Position numbers and translations under genes: made by a program
In this document: piece by piece, positions 32,348 through 41,533 of the stretch
Position numbering within the stretch: position 1 is the first letter of the stretch
How the letters are laid out: each line of letters starts with the position of its first letter
Notes under the pieces: generated by a model
What the model saw: only the letters and a program-made list of their open reading frames with translations
Database searches by the model: none
Told to the model about the DNA's origin: nothing
NCBI GenBank assembly: GCA_963823035.1
Contig: CAWGKG010000014.1
Location: 192,001-256,000 of the forward strand
DNA: 64,000 nt
Source: an uncultured Gemmatimonadales bacterium
GTDB lineage: Bacteria; Gemmatimonadota; Gemmatimonadetes; Longimicrobiales; Gaopeijiaceae
Direction: 5' to 3'

Positions 32348-33343
32348 CTACCACCGAACCAGCGCGGATCCCCAGGTGAATCCGGAGCCGAACGCCACCA
32401 TGCACAGGAGGTCGCCGCGCTCCAGTCGACCCGCCCGCACGGACTCGGCGAGCGCGATGGGAATGGTGGCCGCCGTGGTGTTCCCGTAGCGGTCGATGTT
32501 GCTGACGACCTGGTCGTCACGCAGCCCGAGGCGACGCTGCACCATCTGGGTGATGCGAAGGTTGGCCTGGTGCGGGATGAGGAGGTCGAGGTCTTCCGAG
32601 CCGAGCCCGTTCGCGGCGAGGGCCTCCTCGACCACCTCGGGCATCCGGCTGACGGCGTGCTTGAACACCTCCTTCCCCTGCATGGTCGGGAAGTGCCGGG
32701 CTTCGCGGATCGCCTCTTCCGAGATGCGCGGCTGGTGCCTGCTCGAGGCGAACTCGGTCCAGAGGATCTCGGCGAAGCGCCCGTCCGAGTGGATATGCGT
32801 GGAGAGCACCCCCCGCGCGTCGTCGTCGCCCGCCGTGAGCACGGCCGCCCCCGCCCCGTCACCGAAGAGGACGGCGAGGTCGCGGCCGCGCGTCGAGATG
32901 TCGAGCCCGGTCGAGTGGATCTCCACGCCGACCAGGAGGACGTTCCGGTACTGCCCGCACCGGATCCACGCGTCGGCCACGGACAGCCCGTACATGAAGC
33001 CGGAGCACTGGGCCCGCACGTCGAGGGCCGGAATGCCGGTCACCCCGAGCTCGCGTTGCAGGAAGACCCCCGTGCCGGGGAAGAAGTGGTCGGGGCTGAG
33101 CGTCGCGAGGACGATCGCGTCCAGCTCCCCGGCGGCCATCCCCGCGTCGCGCAACGCTTCCTGCGCGGCCTCGCGCGCCATGTCCGCGCCGCTCGTCCCC
33201 TCGTCCACCCAGCGCCGCTCCCGGATACCGGTGCGCTCCACGATCCACGCGTCGGAGGTGTCCATGAGCCGCGTCAGGTCGTCGTTCGTCACCACGCGCT
33301 CGGGTACGTAGAAGCCGGTTCCGGCGAAGACGGTTCGAGGCAC
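32348..33343 (-). CDS. fabH: 3-oxoacyl-ACP synthase III
   Basis: AQCSGF, FGDGAGA, PHQANLRI, GNTTAA, GSGFTWG. Confidence 0.93.
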   Translation of the reverse strand: MPRTVFAGTGFYVPERVVTNDDLTRLMDTSDAWIVERTGIRERRWVDEGTSGADMAREAAQEALRDAGMAAGELDAIVLATLSPDHFFPGTGVFLQRELGVTGIPALDVRAQCSGFMYGLSVADAWIRCGQYRNVLLVGVEIHSTGLDISTRGRDLAVLFGDGAGAAVLTAGDDDARGVLSTHIHSDGRFAEILWTEFASSRHQPRISEEAIREARHFPTMQGKEVFKHAVSRMPEVVEEALAANGLGSEDLDLLIPHQANLRITQMVQRRLGLRDDQVVSNIDRYGNTTAATIPIALAESVRAGRLERGDLLCMVAFGSGFTWGSALVRW

Positions 33344-33467
33344 GTCAGCCTCCGTAGGTGTGCGACATGTAGAAGGATCGGTGGGCGATCGGACCCCCGG
33401 CGCCGCAGGAGGGTAGTCGCCCCGATCGGGCGCTCAGCGCCGGGAGAATCCGCCTCAATGATAAGAC

Positions 33468-33752
33468 ATGGCCGACGAGACGATCCATTGCCGCCGGTGC
33501 GGAGCCGATGCGCCGCGCATGATCCGGCCCCCCTTCAGGAACGAGTTGGGCGATCGGATCCTCGGGGAGATCTGCGCGGATTGCTGGAAGGAATGGCTCC
33601 AGCACCAGACGCTGCTCATCAACCACTACGGGCTCGATCCGCGCGAAGCGAAGGCGCGCGCCTTCCTCTACGAGCAGATCGAGCAGGTCCTGCTCGGCGG
33701 CGGAGAGGGGGAGCAGGTGGACACCACCCAGCAGGGCAACATCGAATGGTGA
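33468..33752 (+). CDS. Fe(II)-trafficking / oxidative damage protection protein (YggX family)
   Basis: LGDRI...CWKEWLQHQTLLINHYGL...ARAFL. Confidence 0.88.
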   Translation: MADETIHCRRCGADAPRMIRPPFRNELGDRILGEICADCWKEWLQHQTLLINHYGLDPREAKARAFLYEQIEQVLLGGGEGEQVDTTQQGNIEW

Positions 33753-35418
33753 GGAGGTGCCCGGCCGCGGCCTGAGCCGCCCCACCGCCCTTCGTCCCGG
33801 CCAATCCGAGGGCACGGGCGCACGCCCCGTCCCAGGAGAGCCCCACGAGGATCTGCGGCGGCATGCGAGCCAGGATGCGCACCGCCCCGGGGCAGCGCTC
33901 CTCCAACAGATCGAGCGCGGCGCCGTGCACCAGCCCACCCTGCTCCAGGAGCAGGACGTCGACGCCGGCGGCCCACCAGAGCGAGAGCTGATCCGTGGGC
34001 GTCCCCCAGACGGGCGTCGCCCCGTCTTCGGAGCGGGGCATGAAGCGCGCGCTCGGCACCACGCTCCACCCACCGTGCAGGTGCAGCGCGGCCCAGAACT
34101 CCGGAGCCCCCACCACCGCGTCCGGCGGCGCCGTCTTCGCGAGCGCCTCGACGGCCGCGGCGAGGCGCCCGGCGCGCAGTCGGTAGCCGGCCACGGCCCA
34201 CCCGCGCGCGTCACGGGCCGCCGAGACCACGGTGTAGGCGCCTACCCAGACGAACACGGCGGCGCCCAGGGCGCGGCGCACCCCCCGGTGGGAGACACGC
34301 CGCCCTACCTCGAGCGCCCCGACGCACACGGACGCGAGCACCCAGGGGTGCAGGGGAACGACCAGGCGTCGGTCCACGAACGGCCACAACAGCAGCATCC
34401 CCAGGTAGGCGAGCACCACCCACGGCACCGGAGGCAGGGTGCGCGCCAGCCGCATCAGGCCCACGGCCGACAACACCGCCACCGGAACCGCCACCGCCAT
34501 GAGCCCCCACCCCGTCGCGCCCGGCACGAGGAGGGCGAACACGCGCTCGAAGACGCCGCGGGCCTGGGACGGGAAGGCCGCGAGGAAGGAGGCGGGCGCC
34601 GTCGTCAGCTGTCCGCTGAGCCAACCGCCGTACGGACCGAGCACGTCGCGCAGCCCCTCGGGTACGTCGGCCGCGCGCTCGGCCGCCCACGCGCCCCACG
34701 CCACCCCCACGGCGAGGGCCGGCGCGCACACCGCTGCGGCCACGAGGAGCCCGCGGCGGACCAGGACGGCCACGGCGAAGCCCGCGACGAGCGCTGCGCC
34801 GGCCGAGCGGGTGAGCACCGCCGCGACGAGGAGGAGCGCCAGGAGGGTGGCACCGCGCCGGTCGCCGGGTCGGCCGGCGGACGTCCAGGCCGCGAGGGTC
34901 GCGACCGCCAGGAGGACGAACATCGGCTCGGAGAGCGGCACGAGCGCGTAGCGCCAGACGTCCGCCGAGACGAACGCGAGGGCCGCGACGCCCACGGACG
35001 TCGCCCTGTCGAGGCCCGCCGCCCGGTGCATCACCCATCCAAAGAGCCCGCCGGCGCAGGCCAGGAAGACGAGGTTGAGCAGCCCGGCCGCGAGCGTGAC
35101 CGCCCCGACGCTCCCCAGGACCCGCCACAGGACCGCCAGCACCATCGGGTATCCGGGAGGGAACTTCACAGCCGGCGGGCTGCCGGGCACGCCCACGTAG
35201 CGCAGCCCCTCCCCCTGGCCGAGCGCCTGCCCGACGAGCATGTAGACGCCGTCGTCGTGCCAGACCCCGGCGGGGACCGGCCGCCAGAAGGAAAGCCCCA
35301 CGCCGAAGAGGGCGAGCCCCAGGAGGAGGAAGGGCCACCCGGCGGAAGGCCGCCGGAATCCGGGCGCCGGTCGGGTCTCGACCGACGCGGCGTCCGGCGT
35401 GCCGGGCCCTGGGCTCAC
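33619..35418 (-). CDS. GT-C-like polytopic membrane protein (3' end uncertain)
   Basis: WHDDGVY...FPPGYP...LSEPMF, many TM helices; tail overlaps the YggX gene. Confidence 0.65.
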   Translation of the reverse strand: MSPGPGTPDAASVETRPAPGFRRPSAGWPFLLLGLALFGVGLSFWRPVPAGVWHDDGVYMLVGQALGQGEGLRYVGVPGSPPAVKFPPGYPMVLAVLWRVLGSVGAVTLAAGLLNLVFLACAGGLFGWVMHRAAGLDRATSVGVAALAFVSADVWRYALVPLSEPMFVLLAVATLAAWTSAGRPGDRRGATLLALLLVAAVLTRSAGAALVAGFAVAVLVRRGLLVAAAVCAPALAVGVAWGAWAAERAADVPEGLRDVLGPYGGWLSGQLTTAPASFLAAFPSQARGVFERVFALLVPGATGWGLMAVAVPVAVLSAVGLMRLARTLPPVPWVVLAYLGMLLLWPFVDRRLVVPLHPWVLASVCVGALEVGRRVSHRGVRRALGAAVFVWVGAYTVVSAARDARGWAVAGYRLRAGRLAAAVEALAKTAPPDAVVGAPEFWAALHLHGGWSVVPSARFMPRSEDGATPVWGTPTDQLSLWWAAGVDVLLLEQGGLVHGAALDLLEERCPGAVRILARMPPQILVGLSWDGACARALGLAGTKGGGAAQAAAGHLLTIRCCPAGWCPPAPPLRRRAGPARSARRGRRAPSLRADRARSG

Positions 35419-35446
35419 CCTGCGCGCCGGCGCTGGGTCCGAGCCG

Positions 35447-36664
35447 TCACGCGCTCAGAACCTCGCGCACGTGCCCGAGGGCGTCTTCGAGCGTCTCCTG
35501 GTCGATGATGAGCGGGGGCGCGAAGCGGATCACCTGGCCGTGCGTCTCCTTGGCCAGGATGCCTCGGTCCTGCAGGGCTTCACAGTAGGGACGGGCCGTA
35601 CCCGACGAAGCGTGGATGACGACGCCGATCATGAGGCCCCTGCCCCGCACCTCCGCCACGTGCGGCGATCCGATCGCGCGCAGCCCATCCATGAACCAGC
35701 GGCCCAGACGGTCCGCGCGCTCGGCCAGGCCCTCGTCGAGAATCACCCGCAGCGAGGCGCGTGCGATCGCGGCGCCCAGCGGGTTGCCGCCGAACGTCGA
35801 GCCGTGGTCGCCGGGATGGAAGACGTCCATGTACTCGGCGTCGGCGATCACCGCGGAGACCGGATACACCCCTCCGCCCAGCGCCTTGCCGACGATGAGC
35901 ACGTCCGGGCGGACGTTCTCCCATTCGCAGCAGAAGAGGCGGCCGGTTCGCCCCAACCCCGTCTGGATCTCGTCGGACATGAAGGCGACGCGGTGCTCGT
36001 CGCACAGCGCACGCGCCCGGCTCAGGTAGCCGTCGGGAGGCACCACGACGCCGCCCTCACCCTGGAGCGGCTCGACCAGGAAGCCCACGGTGTTCGGGCC
36101 GATGGCGGCCTCGAGCGCGTCGGCGTCCCCGTACGGGATGAGCCGGAAGCCCGGCGTGAACGGCCCGAACCCCTCCCGGTACTGCGCCTCCGAGGAGAAG
36201 CCGACGATGGTCGTGGTGCGGCCGTGGAAGTTGTTCTCGCAGACAATGATCTCGGCCTTGTCCGTGGCGACGCCCTTGACGGTGTAGCCCCACTTGCGGA
36301 CCATCTTCACGGCGGTCTCCACCGCCTCCGCGCCGGTGTTCATCGGCAGCGCCCGCTCGAATCCGGTGGCCTCGCACAACTCGCGCAGGAACGGGCCCAT
36401 CTGGTCGTTGTGGAAGGCTCGCGAGGTGAGCGTCAGCCGACCCATCTGGACCGCCGCCGCCTCGAGGATCGCCGGATGCCGGTGACCCTGGTTGAGCGCG
36501 GAGTACGCGCTGAGCATGTCGAGGTAGCGGTTGCCCTCGACGTCCCAGACCCAGACCCCCTCGCCGCGCTCGAGCACGACCGGAAGGGGATGATAGTTGT
36601 GCGCGCTGTATCGATCGACCTCCTGGAGGTAGAGGCCGGTGTCGGTCGTGGTGGCTTCGCTCAT
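35447..36664 (-). CDS. rocD: ornithine--oxo-acid transaminase
   Basis: AHNYHPLP, YSALNQGHRHP, DEIQTGLGRTG, GKALGGG. Confidence 0.96.
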   Translation of the reverse strand: MSEATTTDTGLYLQEVDRYSAHNYHPLPVVLERGEGVWVWDVEGNRYLDMLSAYSALNQGHRHPAILEAAAVQMGRLTLTSRAFHNDQMGPFLRELCEATGFERALPMNTGAEAVETAVKMVRKWGYTVKGVATDKAEIIVCENNFHGRTTTIVGFSSEAQYREGFGPFTPGFRLIPYGDADALEAAIGPNTVGFLVEPLQGEGGVVVPPDGYLSRARALCDEHRVAFMSDEIQTGLGRTGRLFCCEWENVRPDVLIVGKALGGGVYPVSAVIADAEYMDVFHPGDHGSTFGGNPLGAAIARASLRVILDEGLAERADRLGRWFMDGLRAIGSPHVAEVRGRGLMIGVVIHASSGTARPYCEALQDRGILAKETHGQVIRFAPPLIIDQETLEDALGHVREVLSA

Positions 36665-36761
36665 GGGACGCTCGTCGTCGCGGAGGGGGCCGGAGGAACT
36701 CCCGCCCTCGATCCAGACTCTAATCGAGCCCCTTGGGCGCAATCAAGCAGCGCGCGGCGCG

Positions 36762-37712
36762 CTACTCGACCGGCCGGTGCGGCCGCTCGTCCACCTCCAG
36801 ACGGAAGACGTCGGGGCGGGCGTAGTGACCGGTCACGTCGAAGTCGAACTTCCCGCGCGGAATCGCGGTCAGGTCGAGGTCGGTGGTGAGGATGCCGGCC
36901 TCCTCCCACACCGGTCCGGCCAGACACTCGCCCAGGGGACCGTAGATGGCGCTCCCACCGCGGCACAGCACCTCCGGCCATGCCTCCAGCTCTCCCGCGA
37001 TCTCGAGATCGGCGGGGTACATGGCGCGGTGCACGTACTGGTTGCACCCGAGCACGAAGCACCGTCCCTCCATGGCGATGTGCTGGAGCGTGGCCTGCCA
37101 CGTCGGACGGGCGTCGGCGGTCGGCGCCAGGTAGATCTCCACGCCCTTCCCGTACATCGCCATGCGGGCCAGCGGCATGTAGTTCTCCCAGCAGATCAGC
37201 CCGCCCACCCTGCCGAACGGCGTATCCACCACCGTGAGCGTGCTCCCGTCGCCCTCCCCCCAGATCAGCCGCTCCGCCGCGGTGGGCTTGAGCTTGCGGT
37301 GCTTGCCGAGCAGCGCGCCGTCCGGGCCGAAGTAGAGGAGGGTGCAGAAGAGCGTCCCCCCGCTGTAGGAGGAGTCGCGCTCGATCACCCCCACGCAGAG
37401 GTGGACGTCGGCCTCGCGCGCGGCCTCTCCCATGCGCGCGGTCTCCGGACCGGGGACGTCGATGGCGCCTCGCCAGTATCGCTCCCACGTGCGGCGGCCG
37501 GCGGGAGACCGTCCGCCCACGGCGGTGCCGAACGCGAGGCCCCACGGATATCCGCCGACGTAGGCCTCCGGGAACAGCACCAGGCGTGCCCCGTCCGCGG
37601 CGGCCTCGGCCGTGCGCGTGCACACCTCGTCGACGGCGGCCGGTGTGTCGAAGAAGGCGGGTGCCGCCTGGACGACGGCGACACGGACGTTCGGGGAGTC
37701 GGATGCGGTCAC
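36762..37712 (-). CDS. nitrilase-family carbon-nitrogen hydrolase
   Basis: FPEA (E), HRKLKPT (K), ICWENYMP (C) triad. Confidence 0.93.
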   Translation of the reverse strand: MTASDSPNVRVAVVQAAPAFFDTPAAVDEVCTRTAEAAADGARLVLFPEAYVGGYPWGLAFGTAVGGRSPAGRRTWERYWRGAIDVPGPETARMGEAAREADVHLCVGVIERDSSYSGGTLFCTLLYFGPDGALLGKHRKLKPTAAERLIWGEGDGSTLTVVDTPFGRVGGLICWENYMPLARMAMYGKGVEIYLAPTADARPTWQATLQHIAMEGRCFVLGCNQYVHRAMYPADLEIAGELEAWPEVLCRGGSAIYGPLGECLAGPVWEEAGILTTDLDLTAIPRGKFDFDVTGHYARPDVFRLEVDERPHRPVE

Positions 37713-37756
37713 GGCCGGATTCCTGCGATCGGAGGGGGTCGGAGGGCCAACGGCGG

Positions 37757-38725
37757 TCAGCCCCCGGAGTACACGAGCTCGGCCATCACCTCGCCCACCA
37801 TCTCGAGGTTCGCCGCGCTCACGTGGTCGGGCGTGTCGTTCGGCGTGTGCCACCACGCGTTGCCGGGCCCGTACGACAGGTCGATGACGTCCGCGGTGGG
37901 GAGCCCCGCCTCGATGAGCGGCACGTGGTCGTCGCCCACGGGCCCCCCCACGGTCTCGGGGAACGCCGACGCATAGCCCAGCCGGCGCGCCGCGCCCCAG
38001 ACCTTGTTCACCACGGGGCGCGCGTACTCGAAGGAATACTCCTCCACGGGGAAGCGGGCGTCCACGTCGCCGACCATGTCGAGGAGGACGCCGTAGATCG
38101 GGCGGCCCGTTGTGGCCGCCTGGTCGGGGAGGCTCTCGGCGTAGCGGTTCGAGCCGAAGAACATGTCCTCGGTTCCGGGCCCGTAGTCCTCTCCGTCCAC
38201 GAAGAGGAGGTCGATCCCCATCGGGGGCGCCTGGCCGTGGAAGAGGCGCGCCAGCTCGATGAGCACCGCGGTCCCGGATCCTCCGTCGTTCGCGCCCGGC
38301 ACCGGGATCTTCTCGAGCTCGGGCTCGCTGGCGTTGTCCGAGATGGGCCGCGTGTCCCAGTGCGTGAGCAGGAGGATGCGGCGCTTCTCCTCGGGCTTGA
38401 AGCGCGCGACCAGGTTCGTCAGGCGCAGCGTGTCGCCGGAGGAGGCTACGACGGTGAAGCTGTCCACCACCAGGTCGTCGGCGAGCGAGTCGAGCGTGGC
38501 GCGCATCCAGGCGAGCTGGTCGGCGTGACCCGGCCGGCCCGGCACACGCGGACCGAACGCCACCTGGCGCTCCACCAACTCGAGGGCGCGCGTCCCGTCG
38601 AAGCGCGGGCGGCCCGGGAAGGGCCCCTGGACCTCGGACGAGGAATCGCAGGCCGCCGCCGCGAGGAGGCCGGCGAGCGCGAGGATGGCGGCGAGCCGCC
38701 CCGGACTTCCGTGAGGTGTCGACAT
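37757..38725 (-). CDS. M28 family lipoprotein, glutaminyl-cyclase-like
   Basis: Lipobox LAAAAC; HWDTRP, GANDGGSG, DGEDYG, LDMVG, DDH, WWHT. Confidence 0.85.
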   Translation of the reverse strand: MSTPHGSPGRLAAILALAGLLAAAACDSSSEVQGPFPGRPRFDGTRALELVERQVAFGPRVPGRPGHADQLAWMRATLDSLADDLVVDSFTVVASSGDTLRLTNLVARFKPEEKRRILLLTHWDTRPISDNASEPELEKIPVPGANDGGSGTAVLIELARLFHGQAPPMGIDLLFVDGEDYGPGTEDMFFGSNRYAESLPDQAATTGRPIYGVLLDMVGDVDARFPVEEYSFEYARPVVNKVWGAARRLGYASAFPETVGGPVGDDHVPLIEAGLPTADVIDLSYGPGNAWWHTPNDTPDHVSAANLEMVGEVMAELVYSGG

Positions 38726-38808
38726 CGTGGAGGCAACGTACATTGGTGGCCGCCCCGAGGTCCATGCGTGACCCCGATGCGCCCGCTCCTTCCAACCACG
38801 AGCGATCC

Positions 38809-40269
38809 ATGAACCGCACGCCCCTCGTTGTCGCGCTGGCCCTGTCCGGCGCCTTCGCACCCCCGCCCCTCCGGGCGCAGGACGCGAAGGAGGCCGTGGT
38901 CCGGCACGTGGAGCGCCACGCGGCCGAGTACGGGGAGCTGGCCCAGCGCATCTGGGACCTCGCGGAGGTCGGGTACCAGGAGACGAAGAGCTCGGCGCTC
39001 CTGCAGGGGCGGCTGAAGGATGCGGGCTTCCAGGTCGAGGCCGGCGTGGCGGGCATGCCCACCGCCTTCGTGGCGAGCTGGGGATCGGGCGAGCCCGTGA
39101 TCGCCGTATTGGCCGAGTTCGACGCGCTGCCAGGGATCACGCAGGACCGCGTCCCGGAGCGCAGCCCCATCGAGGGCAAGCCGGCGGGCCACGCCTGTGG
39201 CCACCACCTCTTCGGCACCGCGTCCACGGCCGCGGCGCTCGCCGTGAAGGACTGGCTCTCCACCAGCGGACACGCCGGCACGATCCGCCTCTATGGCACG
39301 CCGGCGGAGGAGGGCGGCGCGGGGAAGGTCTACATGGTGCGCGCCGGGCTCCTCGACGACGTGGACGTGGTGCTGCACTGGCACCCGGGCTCCGAGAACG
39401 AGGCCGACCCCACGTCGTCGCTGGCCAACAAGTCGGCGAAGTTCCGCTTTCACGGCGTGAGCGCCCACGCCGCCGCGGCGCCCGACCGCGGCCGCTCCGC
39501 GCTCGACGCCGTCGAGGCGATGGACCACATGGTGAACATGATGCGCGAGCACGTGCCGCAGGAGACGCGCATCCACTACGTCATCACATCCGGCGGAAGC
39601 GCGCCCAACGTCGTGCCCGACTTCGCCGAGGTCTACTACTACGTCCGCCACCCCGACCCCGAGGTCGTCCGCTCGATCTTCGACCGCGTGGTGAAGGCGG
39701 CCGAGGGCGCGGCGATGGGGACCGGGACGACGGTGACGTACGAGGTCATCCACGGGATCTACAACCTCCTCCCGAACGTGGCCCTGGCGGAGGTCGTGCA
39801 CGCGAACCTGGAAGCCGTGGGCGGCGTGCGCTACACCCCCGAGGAGCGTCGCTTCGCGGAGATCCTCCACCGCACGCTCCCCGAGGACGCCCCGCCCCTC
39901 GAATCCGCGGCGGAGGTGAAGCCGTTCGAGGTGCGCCTGGGCGGCGAGGGCGGATCGACGGACGTGGGCGACGTGAGCTGGACCGTGCCTACCGCCGGCC
40001 TGAGCGCCGCCACCTGGGTGCCCGGGACGGCGGCCCACTCCTGGCAGGCCGTGGCGGCCGGCGGCACGAGCATCGGCAACAAGGGGCTGATCGTCGCAGC
40101 CAAGACGCTCGCGACCTCCGCCGTCGAGCTCTACGAACACCCGGAGCTGATCGCGAAGGCTCGGAGGGAGTTCGAGGAGCGCCGCGGGCCGGACTATCAC
40201 TACGTCTCGCTCGTCGGCGACCGGGACCCACCGCTGGACTACCGCAACGCGGCCCGACCCGGCGGGTGA
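38809..40269 (+). CDS. exported M20 amidohydrolase (AbgB-like)
   Basis: Signal peptide; EFDALPG, GHACGHH, PAEEGG, GSTDVGDVSW. Confidence 0.9.
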   Translation: MNRTPLVVALALSGAFAPPPLRAQDAKEAVVRHVERHAAEYGELAQRIWDLAEVGYQETKSSALLQGRLKDAGFQVEAGVAGMPTAFVASWGSGEPVIAVLAEFDALPGITQDRVPERSPIEGKPAGHACGHHLFGTASTAAALAVKDWLSTSGHAGTIRLYGTPAEEGGAGKVYMVRAGLLDDVDVVLHWHPGSENEADPTSSLANKSAKFRFHGVSAHAAAAPDRGRSALDAVEAMDHMVNMMREHVPQETRIHYVITSGGSAPNVVPDFAEVYYYVRHPDPEVVRSIFDRVVKAAEGAAMGTGTTVTYEVIHGIYNLLPNVALAEVVHANLEAVGGVRYTPEERRFAEILHRTLPEDAPPLESAAEVKPFEVRLGGEGGSTDVGDVSWTVPTAGLSAATWVPGTAAHSWQAVAAGGTSIGNKGLIVAAKTLATSAVELYEHPELIAKARREFEERRGPDYHYVSLVGDRDPPLDYRNAARPGG

Positions 40270-40351
40270 GGGAGGTCCGGTGCACGCCGCCACCTCTGAA
40301 GATCACCCCGCGTTCCGAACGGCCGTTCTCCCCATCCGACGGAGCTCCTCC

Positions 40352-41515
40352 ATGCGCTGCTCCCGCTTCGTGCTCGCCATGCTCGCCACCGTCCCGCTGG
40401 CCACGCCGGCCGCCGCGCAGGAAGCGCGCAGGGACCTCGACGCCCTCCCCTTCCTGCGCAGCTACACGTCCGCGCGGGTGTCCAGCACCGACCCCACGGG
40501 CGCGAACGACGACGGCAACTGGGGGCACCCGATCGAGGCCGGTGAGACCCGCACCATCGCCGACCTGACGGGTCCGGGCGTCATCAGCCACATCTGGTTC
40601 ACGATCGCCACGGGCGACCCCTGGCACCTCAAGAACATCGTGCTGCGCATGTACTGGGACGGGGAGGCCACGCCCAGCGTGGAGACGCCCGTGGGCGACT
40701 TCTTCGGACTCGGGCTCGGCCGCTACTTCCTCTACGAGTCCGGCCCGCTCTCGGTCGGCTCGCAGAAGGCGCTCAACAGCTACTTCCCGATGCCGTTCCG
40801 GCGCGCGGCGCGCATCACGGTGACGAACGAGAGCACGCAGGCCATCGGCGCGTTCTATTTCAACATCGACTACGAGAAGCACACGTCGCTTCCCGAGGAC
40901 ATGGGCTACTTCCACGCCCAGTACCGGCAGGCAACGCCCAACCACGGCTGGACGAGCGATTGGACGCGCAATGGACAGGCCGAGGTGAGCGACCGCCCCA
41001 ACCCCGACGGGCGCGACAACTACGTGATCATGGAGGCGACCGGTCGCGGCCACTACGTCGGGGTCACCCACAGCATCCTCCAGAACCAGGGGGATTGGTG
41101 GGGCGAGGGCGACGACATGTTCTTCATCGACGGCGCCACGACGCCGCAGATCGTCGGGACGGGGTCCGAGGACTACTACCTGGGCGCCTGGTGCTACGGC
41201 GGATGCGGCATCGACCCGTTCGGCTCGAAGCACCCGACCTTCGCCTACCAGCGCTACGGAAACCCGGTGAACGGCGGCGACGACCGGGGCGCGAGCTGGA
41301 TGGTGTACCGCTTCCACACCGACTCGCCGGTGGTCTTCCAGAAAGACCTCCGCGTGACGATCGAGAGCGGACACGCCAACCACCGCTCGGACAACTTCTA
41401 CACCGTGGCCTACTGGTATCAGACCGAGCCGCACGCCCCCTTCCCCGCGCTGCCCGCCGCCGCCGACCGCATCCCACGGCAGATGGACACCGGCGGGCCG
41501 ACCACGGGACGCTGA
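40352..41515 (+). CDS. DUF2961 / GH172-like exported protein
   Basis: GPGVISHIW, YWDGE..PSVE.P.GDFF, WWGEGD, GTGSEDY, YRFH. Confidence 0.88.
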   Translation: MRCSRFVLAMLATVPLATPAAAQEARRDLDALPFLRSYTSARVSSTDPTGANDDGNWGHPIEAGETRTIADLTGPGVISHIWFTIATGDPWHLKNIVLRMYWDGEATPSVETPVGDFFGLGLGRYFLYESGPLSVGSQKALNSYFPMPFRRAARITVTNESTQAIGAFYFNIDYEKHTSLPEDMGYFHAQYRQATPNHGWTSDWTRNGQAEVSDRPNPDGRDNYVIMEATGRGHYVGVTHSILQNQGDWWGEGDDMFFIDGATTPQIVGTGSEDYYLGAWCYGGCGIDPFGSKHPTFAYQRYGNPVNGGDDRGASWMVYRFHTDSPVVFQKDLRVTIESGHANHRSDNFYTVAYWYQTEPHAPFPALPAAADRIPRQMDTGGPTTGR

Positions 41516-41533
41516 GCAGCCGCCGGCGGGCCG

